Shown here: piece after piece, positions 1 to 8,590 of the stretch
Layout of the letters: each line of letters begins with the position of its first letter
Position numbering within the stretch: position 1 is the stretch's first letter
Assembly: GCF_000014265.1 (NCBI RefSeq)
Contig: NC_008312.1
Location: 360,001-392,000, forward strand
Length of the DNA: 32,000 nt
DNA from: Trichodesmium erythraeum IMS101
GTDB lineage: Bacteria > Cyanobacteriota > Cyanobacteriia > Cyanobacteriales > Microcoleaceae
Direction: 5' to 3'
Notes under the pieces: generated by a model
Databases searched by the model: none
What the model was told of the DNA's origin: nothing
The model's input: the letters and a program-made list of their open reading frames with translations, nothing else
Position numbers and translations under genes: made by a program

Positions 1-1217
1 TGATTTACATATATACCACAATTATGCAAAATTGCTGCTGACCATAACAATTCTCGTTCCTCACTTCCCCAGTTATGCAGAACTCCCATAGTTTGGTCAA
101 ATAAATATAACGCCCAAAAAGCAACCCGTTCGCTATACTCCAAATTAACCTGGTATTTTTGCGCAATTTTTAGAGTATTTCGTTGGCGAATTGAACTTTG
201 GAAACGAAGGTGATCCTCAATCAAACCATGATTCAACATCCAATCAACTATTACCCCCTCTCGCAAACTGCTTTCACACACAGTCACCGACTCCATCTCT
301 AATAAACTCATTGCTTCGTGTAACACTAAAGCACCCGCCAAAATAATTTCTGCTCGCTTTTCGGACATTCCCAGAATTTCTCGTCTTTTAGAAATAGGTA
401 ACTTCCTCAACTTATTAACCAACTCCTCTAATTCTGTCAAACTAAACTGATAACCACCCAGGGGAGCTGGTACATTACCCAATTTTTCATAAGCATTAAT
501 AGTCGCTAAAGCTTCAATAGTACCAGCAGTTCCGACTAACTGAGGTTTTTCACCTTTCTTGATATTAGCTAATATGTTTTTGGTCGGGCGTTCTAATAAG
601 CCTCTAATGTAAGCTTGCAGATAGGCAAACTCACTCTTACTAACGGGATTTGTGGTAACAAATTCTTTAGTCAGACGTACTGCACCTACTTTTGTACTAC
701 TTAGAGTTCTCAGTGTATCACTATCACCTAAGATCAACTCTGTGGAACCTCCACCAATATCAATAATAACATGGGGTTGGTTATTAAATTCCATTGCTGA
801 AAGTACCCCTAGATAAATTCGTCGTGCTTCTTCTTGACCAGATATCAAGTCAACATATAGGTTTAACTCATCAGCTATTCTATTGAGAAATTCTTTACCG
901 TTAGGTGCTTCTCTTACAGCACTAGTAGCAACTGTAATGATTTGTTTAGCATTAGCACTTTTAGCAATTTGTTGGAAACGCTCTAAAGTAGCGATCGCTC
1001 TATCCATCACTTCTGGTTTTAAGTTACCTTTCGTGCCGCACTCTCCTAGTCTTACTGTTTCTTTATCTTGGTCAATAATAGTAAAAGTCGGCAAATTAGG
1101 ATCAATTTTTACTACAACCAAGTGCAACGAATTTGTACCAATATCTATTGCTGCTAATATCGGGTTTTGGCCTGCTAGTGGAGCAGGAAATCTAACTAAA
1201 GGAACTGATGTAATCAT
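1..1217 (-). CDS. ppx: Exopolyphosphatase, Ppx/GppA family (3' end of the gene lies beyond the window start)
   Basis: Not in the ORF track because it runs off the window. Reverse-complement translation from the ATG (complement of 1215-1217) gives MITSVPLVRFPAPLAGQNPILAAIDIGTNSLHLVVVKID... with the AIDIGTNS motif. Later motifs are QPHVIIDIGGGSTEL (ASKHA fold) and, near position 1, LLWSAAILHNCGIYVN (HD-like C-terminal domain). Codons I read are open at both ends of the frame (1-60 and 1141-1217) and at 741-790; the interior was not checked codon by codon. Confidence 0.85.
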   Translation of the reverse strand, partial: MITSVPLVRFPAPLAGQNPILAAIDIGTNSLHLVVVKIDPNLPTFTIIDQDKETVRLGECGTKGNLKPEVMDRAIATLERFQQIAKSANAKQIITVATSAVREAPNGKEFLNRIADELNLYVDLISGQEEARRIYLGVLSAMEFNNQPHVIIDIGGGSTELILGDSDTLRTLSSTKVGAVRLTKEFVTTNPVSKSEFAYLQAYIRGLLERPTKNILANIKKGEKPQLVGTAGTIEALATINAYEKLGNVPAPLGGYQFSLTELEELVNKLRKLPISKRREILGMSEKRAEIILAGALVLHEAMSLLEMESVTVCESSLREGVIVDWMLNHGLIEDHLRFQSSIRQRNTLKIAQKYQVNLEYSERVAFWALYLFDQTMGVLHNWGSEERELLWSAAILHNCGIYVN

Positions 1218-1286
1218 ATACAACGTATTTTAAATTGCTGATACAACGTATTTTAAATTACTGATACAATGTATTTTCAATTACAT
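1218..1286. repeat. Three tandem copies of a 23-bp unit directly abutting the ppx start codon
   Basis: The copies are atacaacgtattttaaattgctg (1218-1240), atacaacgtattttaaattactg (1241-1263) and atacaatgtattttcaattacat (1264-1286). Copies 1 and 2 differ at one base; copy 3 is more diverged. Confidence 0.85.
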
Positions 1287-1711
1287 ATATCCGAAATTTT
1301 ATATTAAAAAATGTTATATATTTAATTATTATATAACATTAGTAAAATTGACATTTGTTCTTGACAAACAATATTTTTTAAGGTATTTAAAATGAAAAAA
1401 TTAGAAAATAATCTTAAGTGTTACAACATATTCTGAGTCTGTAAAGTAAAAATATTAACCTTCTAACCTTTATCCTGTGAATACCTTGGCAGCTAGTAAT
1501 CTACCTGACTGAGATAAAATGACCATACATATAAGCTAGAAAAATATTGACCCAAAAATAAGGTCTCAAACTTCTGACTTTAGTGGCCAGTAATAATAAC
1601 TGATAACTAATATACCTCTAGGAAAATTAATCTCAAACTTTTGAATTTACTAGGCAAAAACTTAGTTTCCGCAGATATCTAATAACTAACAACTCATAAC
1701 CAATAACTGAA

Positions 1712-2587
1712 ATGACCCAAGCCGCTTCACCTGAATCAACCTTAATGAAAGTCATCAGACTTCTCAGATGGGATAAACCTGCCGGGCGTTTTATTTTAAT
1801 GATTCCTGCCTTGTGGGCTGTTTTTTTAGCGACCCATGCCATGCCACCTATACCATTAGTCGGAGTAATAGTAGTAGGAACATTAGCTACCAGTGCTGCC
1901 GGTTGTGTAGTTAATGATTTATGGGACCGAGATATTGACTCAGAAGTAGAGAGAACTCGTGATCGCCCCTTGACATCCCGCGCTCTGACCATTCAAACAG
2001 GTATTATTATTGTTATTATTGCCTTTGCTTGTGCTGGAGTTATAGCCTTATATCTCAACCCTCTAAGTTTTTGGCTATCTGTAGCAGCAGTCCCAGTAAT
2101 TATTTGTTATCCCTTAGCAAAGCGATTTTTTCCAGTACCCCAGTTAGTATTATCTATTGCTTGGGGCTTTGCTGTTTTAATTAGTTGGAGTGCTGCTGTG
2201 GCCAAGCTAGATAGTGCAACTTGGATATTGTGGGGTGCAACTATTGTTTGGACATTAGGTTTTGATACAGTGTATGCTATGAGTGATCGTGAAGATGATC
2301 AACGTTTAGGCATTAATTCTAGCGCTTTATTTTTTGGTAAATATGCTAATAATGCTGTGGGTATATGTTTCTTTTTAACTACTATTTTCTTAGGGCTATT
2401 AGGCATAAAAATGGAGCTACATACTGGTTTTTGGATAACTCTTGGAATTGCTACAGTTTTTTGGTTTATTCAATACAAAAAATTAGGGCAAGAAGATATT
2501 TTGAAACCTTATGCTCAGATATTTAGACAAAATGTTTGGATTGGTTTTATCTTATTAGCAGGTATGATTACAGGTTTAATATTTTGA
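1712..2587 (+). CDS. ubiA: 4-hydroxybenzoate polyprenyl(solanesyl)transferase, UbiA family
   Basis: 291-aa multi-TM ORF with both UbiA aspartate-rich motifs, NDLWDRDID and DTVYAMSDREDD. In cyanobacteria this family acts in plastoquinone synthesis. Confidence 0.85.
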   Translation: MTQAASPESTLMKVIRLLRWDKPAGRFILMIPALWAVFLATHAMPPIPLVGVIVVGTLATSAAGCVVNDLWDRDIDSEVERTRDRPLTSRALTIQTGIIIVIIAFACAGVIALYLNPLSFWLSVAAVPVIICYPLAKRFFPVPQLVLSIAWGFAVLISWSAAVAKLDSATWILWGATIVWTLGFDTVYAMSDREDDQRLGINSSALFFGKYANNAVGICFFLTTIFLGLLGIKMELHTGFWITLGIATVFWFIQYKKLGQEDILKPYAQIFRQNVWIGFILLAGMITGLIF

Positions 2588-2732
2588 ACAAAAATTATAA
2601 AAGTACTATAGTAATAGTATATGTAGGAATTCGATGACTTAGATAAACTTTAAAACCTACATTTAGAGCTACAAAACTTAGTATTGAACAACGATAAAAT
2701 TTGAGTAACAATTTAGATTAATTAAAAAAAAC

Positions 2733-3300
2733 TTGAACTGTCTTTGTAATCTCATTAAGGTAGGAAAAAATGGTAAAAAAACATCATTAGAGGTAAATAA
2801 TTTAGACCATTTAAGATTAGTAGAAAGAATCCTTTATAAAATAGGCATAGGAAAGAAGATAAATGAGTTAATTGGAGAATCAACAAATGAAAAAGTAACA
2901 GCAGTTCAGGTATTTAAAGAAATGCTCTTGAATGGGTTAGGTAAGGTTTTATCTCCACTATATTGATTTAACAGATTTTTTCCTGGGAATTACCATAGGA
3001 AATTTAATTAGACCAGGAGTAAAAGTAGAGTATTTTAATGATGATAAATTGGGAAGAGTATTAGACCAGATATATCAAAAAGGATTAAGTAAAATTTTTA
3101 TGTATGTGGTGTTAGAAACAATGAAAACTTATCAACTAGAAACAGATACGGCTCACTCTTGTTTCAAGTTCATTATATGCTCATGGAGATGATCAAGTAG
3201 AAAATAATGAAGCTACTGAAGAACAAGAGTTAAAAGTTGTGAAAATATTTTTTGGATATTCTATAGCTCAACGACTAGACTTAATCTCTACTGGAGACCG
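2733..3300 (+). pseudogene. Frame-shifted, 3'-truncated N-terminal fragment of an IS4-superfamily (IS1634-like) transposase
   Basis: Three successive frames read like one protein. They are ...NNLDHLRLVERILYKIGIGKKINELIG...VTAVQVFKEMLLNGLGKVLSPLY* (to 2966), then ...DFFLGITIGNLIRPGVKVEYFNDDKLGRVLDQIYQKGLSKIFMYVVLETMKTYQLETDTAHS...* (to 3192), then LVSSSLYAHGDDQVENN...KIFFGYSIAQRLDLI. This matches my recollection of IS1634-type N-termini (LDHLG..., NGLGF...LY, NDD.LGR.LD, LDS.S..v.GeY, GYS.D.R.DL). No DDE catalytic part follows. Confidence 0.55.
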
Positions 3301-3848
3301 AGGCATACGTTTATATATAAGAATAAGAGATAGAAATGAATCATATCAAAAATAATTTCCTCTAGTAATTCAAAGAATTTAAAAATAAGTTTAATTATGA
3401 CAGCTTAATAGTAGCAGATAGTCCAATATAATACTCAATAAAATTGAGATAACAAATATTAAATGCTTATGTCAAGCTACTTTTGCAAGAAAATCTACAG
3501 CCAAGCTGATTGAAATAGATATATTAAAGTAATAGATAATACTATCAAGATTGTGTGTAATAGATATTTTTCTTGATAATCTTTATAATTATTATTAAGT
3601 AAAACCTTGAATACTTAATTTAATATCCTAAGCTTGGAAATATTTAATATTAGTTTTAACATAATTGGAATACAGAATTTGCTTTTGGTTTCTGATAGCG
3701 ATCGCTGATTTTACTGAAATAAGCACCTCACAAAAATTTATTATATCCATTTGTGATACCAAAATTTTTATGCTGTATGACTCACTTCAAATTAGAGTAA
3801 GAAAACAATGAATGTAATGGTGCTTAATTTCAACTGTAAATAATTATT

Positions 3849-4400
3849 TTACTCAAAAATATAATTATCTAAAATACCCAACAAGTCCTCAATACTAGCA
3901 TTATGATCTAGAAAAGAAAACAAATGTTTGTAGCAAAGTCTACCCTGTTTATCCAATACAAACTGCCCTGATAAAGGCGCCCCTAAAGCTTGACCAACCT
4001 TGTAATTTTTAAATACCTGACAGCTAGAATCACTAAGCAATGGCATTTTTAAACTTAAATCATTCACAACTATCTTACTTTGCTTCTCATCGGTACTAGT
4101 AATCATTAATACTTCTACTCCTCGTTCTAAAAACCTTTCATAATTTTTGTTTAAAGCCAAAATATGAGGAAAACAAAACGGGCAATACTGCTTTTCAGTA
4201 AAAATACGAGTCAAGGCAACTATGACAGGAGTTACTCCCCAATAGTTAGATAATCTAACCAACTTACCATTTGTAATATCTGGTAATTCAAAATCTGGCG
4301 TTCTTTTACCATTATCCAAATCATTAATAGCTGGAATAGGTAATAAATTTTGAAAAAAACGTTGATTTAGTAAACCCCTAAAATCATAAGAAGTTAGCAT
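3849..4400 (-). CDS. Thioredoxin-fold AhpC/TSA-family (peroxiredoxin-like, CxxC) protein
   Basis: 183-aa ORF with FELPDITNGKLVRLSNYWG...TEKQYCPFCFPH (CPFC redox motif) and a redoxin-like layout. Same strand as the 2-Cys Prx gene and 132 bp downstream of it. Confidence 0.7.
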   Translation of the reverse strand: MLTSYDFRGLLNQRFFQNLLPIPAINDLDNGKRTPDFELPDITNGKLVRLSNYWGVTPVIVALTRIFTEKQYCPFCFPHILALNKNYERFLERGVEVLMITSTDEKQSKIVVNDLSLKMPLLSDSSCQVFKNYKVGQALGAPLSGQFVLDKQGRLCYKHLFSFLDHNASIEDLLGILDNYIFE

Positions 4401-4440
4401 AATCAGAATTAATTAAAGAGTCAACATTTCAAATTTATAA

Positions 4441-4483
4441 CTCCAACACTTTGAGGTCAAACATCTCAGCCATAGTGTTGGAG
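4441..4483 (-). terminator. Possible stem-loop terminator after the 2-Cys Prx gene
   Basis: 9-bp inverted repeat ctccaacac (4441-4449) / gtgttggag (4475-4483), followed on the minus strand by a T/A-rich run. The 25-nt loop is long for a canonical intrinsic terminator. Confidence 0.3.
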
Positions 4484-4532
4484 TGAATATTTCTGGAAAT
4501 TATGAAGTACTTTCTCCAGTAGCTAAAACAAT

Positions 4533-5132
4533 TTATGAAACAGCAGCAAAAAATTCTTTAGACTTAATTGGATCAGAATTCATAGTTTTATCCCCTGGTT
4601 TCCAGCCCACAGGACAAACTTCATTTGGGTGAATTTGTACATATTGAATAGCTTGTAGAGTGCGGATAGCTTCATCCACATTGCGGCCAAAAGCAAAATT
4701 ATTAACAGTTGCGTGCTGGATAATACCTTCTCTATCAATAATAAATAATCCTCGCAGAGCAATACCAGCCTCTAGATCTAAAACATTGTAGGCTGTACTA
4801 ATTTCTTTCTTTATATCAGATAATAGGGGGTAATTAAGATCCCCAATACCTCCAGACTTACGATCTGTTTGAATCCAAGCTAGATGTGAAAATTCACTGT
4901 CCACAGAAACTCCTAAAATTTCAGTGTTAAGTAACTCAAACTCTTTATAACGATCGCTAAACGCTGTAATTTCGGTTGGGCAAACAAAAGTAAAATCCAA
5001 GGGATAGAAGAACAAGACTACATACTTACCACGATAATCAGACAGTTTAATTGTCTCGAATTCCTGATCCACTACAGCTGTAGCTGTAAAATCCGGAGCC
5101 TTTTGGCCCACACGCAGGCATTCGTCTGTCAT
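4533..5132 (-). CDS. Typical 2-Cys peroxiredoxin
   Basis: [25 protein letters not shown]...[17 protein letters not shown] (peroxidatic Cys) and ...[10 protein letters not shown] (resolving Cys). I prefer the ATG at 5132 over the track start at 5192 because AAGGAG (complement of ~5143-5148) sits ~10 nt upstream, and the 20 extra N-terminal residues have no Prx counterpart. Confidence 0.88.
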   Translation of the reverse strand: MTDECLRVGQKAPDFTATAVVDQEFETIKLSDYRGKYVVLFFYPLDFTFVCPTEITAFSDRYKEFELLNTEILGVSVDSEFSHLAWIQTDRKSGGIGDLNYPLLSDIKKEISTAYNVLDLEAGIALRGLFIIDREGIIQHATVNNFAFGRNVDEAIRTLQAIQYVQIHPNEVCPVGWKPGDKTMNSDPIKSKEFFAAVS

Positions 5133-6225
5133 GATTTTTATCTCCTTAATTAAAATGAGTTGATAATTTTTTTTACTATTAGTTAATCTCAATCTAATAG
5201 TTTTAAAAGCTTTGAGTTTTAATTACTGATACCTTCATCAGCAAACTGTTATTATTACAGTATTTAAGACCATCAAAAAGTTGATTATTTAACAGTTAAC
5301 TGTTTCACTTCTCAAGATATTAATCATAATGGTTATAGATTTTATTTTAAGAAAATTACTGTTAAAGTTTTTCCACTTAACAAATTGTACTTTGTCGTCT
5401 GACAGCCATAAAATAGCTAATTTATGTAATATGAAGAACCTACCCAAGGATCAACACATTTTGTGAATAAACCAGGAGTAATTATCAATAGACATAGGTT
5501 TCTTGTACTTGTTAACAATATATTTTACAAACATAATGTTTATTCCATTAAAAATATAGAAATCAGCAAACTAGATGAGTTTGCCCTGGAAACTATCCTA
5601 AAATCATAAAACAATAGTAACCATCTCTTAAATGGCCTGAATTTAACAGTACACTACAATAGTTATCCAAACCCCAGAAATCTTATTTACTTGGAACAAA
5701 TACAAATAGCCTTATTTAATATTTTAGCATATTTACCCTATAAGATAATCCTGTATATTATTATCAAACCAATTGTTAAAACTTATGATAACTTTCGGAC
5801 TGAAGATTTTTAGCTAAGTAGGTACTCACAGAAATTGCTAAACTATATTAAATTTTATAAAGTCACTTCAAGCTCTTCTAGAAAGTTAACTTGAGATAAA
5901 ATTTATATCTTGTTACATAGCACAAATTTTAACGGCTACCTAGGCAAATAAGGTGAATAAACAAAATGATTTACCTATTATAATAACTTGTTGAATATGT
6001 TTTATGGGTAAGAGAAAGAGGCAAGGAGACACAAAATATTGAGTCACAGAGGTATGGCTAAATAAGAACTACACAGGATATCGTCGGAAATATTTTATTT
6101 CAATTTTTCTATCCTTAATAGCTTTAAATTATCCATTTTTGGCTAAGTTTTGCCAACTTATTCTAAATGTTTTTCCCACAAAATTTATTAATAATATTTA
6201 AGTAAATGCTTTCATTTTTTTTCAG

Positions 6226-6256
6226 CTAACCCTAATTATTCGATCTCACAAAAACG
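6226..6256 (+). repeat. Small palindrome-containing repeat family, copy a (internally deleted)
   Basis: ttttttttcaGCTAACCCTAATTAttcgATCTCAcAAAAAC aligns with copy c if ~16 nt are deleted. It has the same T-run + AG(C/T)AAACCCTAATTA head. Confidence 0.45.
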
Positions 6257-6571
6257 CTAAAAATTTAGCTTGTATAGATTCGTAATTAATTTGATACGAA
6301 TACTTATTTTCCTAAACTCAACTAATAGATACTTAAAAGTCTTGTTCTACTGAATTACGGTTCAAAAATATCAGTAAGGTGTTTGAGAGAAAAAGATGTC
6401 AACAAAATCAATCTACTTGGAGATAATCAATAAATACTATAACAATTATAATTTCAGGATATATAATTAAATAAATATAATTCAAAGATATTTTTTTCCA
6501 ACGTCTTTTCTTCAAAACTCAGCAATGGTAATTAAAAAACAACAACTTAGTAATATCCCAATATGGATTAA

Positions 6572-7060
6572 AAAGGATTAACCTACGGATTACCTGAAGT
6601 TTTCCAAGGAGTATTCTTTATGAATCGAAACCCTCTTCCTGATGATTCTATAACTATGTATAACTCACAATGGGATGCTAAAAATTTAACTTTGTTGCTT
6701 CAGGTTTTTGCTCTCATACAGTAAACATTTCACAATTCCATTACAGGACATTTTTTAATTTATCTTGTAAAACTTTTTCCCTTAACTTACGAGTTTTGTT
6801 TTGAGGATAAAACTTTAAAGCTAGCTCATATTATACCCACACTATTAGGATTTAAGGTTCCAAAACTTATAATCAATTTTGTAATAGAACGAGATGAGAA
6901 TACTCCGAATAGAGATATTTAGTACAGAACAAATATATTGTTTCGATATTCCTCTTCTGATGCATACACTCTAAAAAGAATCATTGATAAAATAGACATT
7001 ACACATCAGCTTTTTCGGATATGCAATCTAAGATTAATAATGATTGTTTGGTGATTAGTA
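6572..7060 (+). pseudogene. Decayed ORF of unknown function (frame change plus in-frame TAG)
   Basis: Protein-like segments are KGLTYGLPEVFQGVFFMNRNPLPDDSITMYNSQWDAKNLTLLLQVFALIQ* (6572-6724) and, in another frame, YLVKLFPLTYEFCFEDKTLKLAHIIPTLLGFKVPKLIINFVIERDENTPNRDI*YRTNILFRYSSSDAYTLKRIIDKIDITHQ.... No family could be assigned from memory. Confidence 0.3.
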
Positions 7061-7344
7061 AAGACTAATTTATACTTGCTATAAGAAATATATAAAAAAC
7101 TTCAAACTAATAATTTATGGCATTTTTTCATCATAAATTGTGCATTATTTGCATCTAAAAAAACACATCAAAAATAATATATCTATTTACACAATCATTT
7201 ACATAAAAGTGGGTCAACCTGAAAGTTCACTAGAAAATTTTTAACTGCTGTTAAATGGAAAATTATCCCTAGAAAAACCCTCTATAATGATAGCCAGTTG
7301 AACTCCTTTGTAATAATTTCAAGAATTTATAAATTTTTCTTAGT

Positions 7345-7373
7345 AAACCCTAATTAGGGCTAGCTGATTAGAT
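7345..7373 (+). repeat. Small palindrome-containing repeat family, copy b
   Basis: AAACCCTAATTAGGGCTAGCTGATTAGAT contains the perfect 12-bp palindrome CCCTAATTAGGG and is preceded by tttttcttagt. Confidence 0.5.
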
Positions 7374-7578
7374 ATTAAAGCATTAACTGAATATTAGCTT
7401 TCAGGCTTTTGGGAATCGAAAAAACATTCAGTGATATGACGCCAAAAATTATCACAGAAGTTATAATATTAAGTAAAAAATAAAAAAAAATTAAGGTATA
7501 AATATATCCTTTGTATGTCCTGTATAAACTTCCTGTTCCGAACTAGATCTATTCCATGCAAAAAAACTACCAGGCGAC

Positions 7579-7662
7579 TTTTTAGTTGTTTTTTTGAAGA
7601 AATATGTCATGTATTAATTAATTATTCCCGTGCAGGTAGTTCGAGACAAAAAACGCAGAGGC
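7579..7662 (+). repeat. Direct repeat A flanking the tRNA gene
   Basis: Copy A is ttttagttgtttttttgaagaaatatgtcatgtattaattaattattcccgtgcaggtagttcgagacaaaaaacgcagaggc. Shared identical blocks with copy B include ttttagttgttttttt, gtagt, cgagacaaaaaac and cagaggc. Confidence 0.8.
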
Positions 7663-7816
7663 ACCAGGCAAGGATAGTGGTTTAGGGTGAGTAGCGCCGA
7701 GCTTATACTTGCAAAAGATGAACCTGCTTTATAACTTTCGCTCAGTAGAAATACCCCCACAACTAAAAGCTATGGGAAACTTTAGAAATTACCTTAAAAA
7801 TAACTTTTAATAAAAA

Positions 7817-7889
7817 TGGCTCAGGCGGGATTTGAACCTGCGACCTTGGGCTTATGAGTCCCCTGCTCTAACCACTGAGCTACTGAGCC
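7817..7889 (-). tRNA. tRNA with CAU anticodon (elongator tRNA-Met type, or tRNA-Ile2 if lysidinylated); CCA not encoded
   Basis: The reverse complement GGCTCAG-TA-GCTC-AGTGGTTA-GAGC-A-GGGGA-CTCATAA-GCCCA-AGGTC-GCAGG-TTCAAAT-CCCGC-CTGAGCC-A folds as a 73-nt cloverleaf. The 7-bp acceptor stem is perfect, including 1:72, so it is not an initiator. Three non-Watson-Crick pairs (27:43 G.A, 31:39 A.G, 51:63 A.C) lower confidence slightly. Confidence 0.75.
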
Positions 7890-8000
7890 TAGTTTTTAAC
7901 CATTTATAACAATAGCATAAATTATTATATTTTTGTCAATCATTTAAGAATTTTTTTTTCAAAAGATTAGTTTTCAAGCCTCATCTATAAGTTGCTGAAT

Positions 8001-8092
8001 TTTTAGTTGTTTTTTTTGAAGACATATTTTGTCATAAATACTAGTTAATTACTTGTTCCCTGGTAGTCCGAGACAAAAAACTATACAGAGGC
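8001..8092 (+). repeat. Direct repeat B flanking the tRNA gene
   Basis: Copy B is ttttagttgttttttttgaagacatattttgtcataaatactagttaattacttgttccctggtagtccgagacaaaaaactatacagaggc. Same orientation as copy A, 422 bp away, about three-quarters identical by eye with a few short indels. Confidence 0.8.
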
Positions 8093-8359
8093 CAGTTATA
8101 AGTTAGGTCTAGTTGTACTATGAGACATGAACAATAGCAACATAAGAAACTTCAATCCGCCATTGGACCTCTGCTAAGTAGGTATATCCGGAGTGCCTAA
8201 CGGCCGGGGAAGATTTCAAAGACTAGATTAAACCCAAATACAAACTTTACCCGTTTATTAATTCTCATTCCTATAACTATACATAGGAATTATTACACAA
8301 CAGTATAGTCTCAGGTTCTCACCTCCCAGTCCCACCCTTACGCCGGACACCAGAATAAT

Positions 8360-8590
8360 CTAAGGAGGAAATTTACCGATATCCTGTTTTTTATATTTCT
8401 GTTTGGGTTTTGATTGTGACACATCAAGTGCTGTAGCGTCTACAACCATAGATTCTTTCTGATAATTCTTTAGGGACTACTGTCACATAGTTTGATTCAT
8501 CTGAACTTTTACCATTTTGATGAACAGTTCTTGTTTTCAGTCCAACATTCTCAGCTTTGAAACTTAAAATAGTTAGGAATTAACAAAAAA
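8360..8590 (-). pseudogene. C-terminal relic of an IS200/IS605-family TnpB (OrfB) gene
   Basis: Minus-strand translation gives FLTILSFKAENVGLKTRTVHQNGKSSDESNYVTVVPKELSERIYGCRRYST*, then in a shifted frame VVDATALDVSQSKPKQKYKKQDIGKFPP*. This matches the TnpB pattern L.YKAE..G..v..V.p..tSq.Cs.CG......LS.R.h.C, but the zinc-finger cysteines are mostly lost. No upstream RuvC-domain part survives, because the M23 gene ends at 8911. Confidence 0.4.

Noticed and set aside
883-1233. 116-aa + strand ORF from the track
   Set aside because: It lies entirely antisense to the ppx coding sequence, which has strong family motifs. Its hydrophobic low-complexity translation is typical of a shadow ORF.
1633-1992. 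119-aa minus-strand ORF overlapping the ubiA start
   Set aside because: It is antisense to the well-supported ubiA gene and has no recognisable motifs.
4580-4762. 60-aa same-strand alternative-frame ORF inside the Prx gene; likewise 9216-9464 inside the M23 gene
   Set aside because: Both are embedded out of frame in strongly supported genes, with no independent signals.
5133-5192. Longer N-terminus ([20 protein letters not shown]) for the 2-Cys Prx
   Set aside because: The extension has no counterpart in peroxiredoxins, and it would place the AAGGAG Shine-Dalgarno-like sequence inside the coding region. The ATG at 5132 fits better.
7351-7362. CCCTAA/TTAGGG as a telomere-like sequence
   Set aside because: It is a single palindromic unit inside a small dispersed repeat, not a tandem array, so the resemblance to eukaryotic telomere repeats is coincidental.
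7817-7889. Initiator tRNA-fMet identity for the CAU tRNA
   Set aside because: The 1:72 pair is a normal G-C, whereas bacterial initiators have a mismatch there. The three G-C pairs are not adjacent to the anticodon loop as in initiators.
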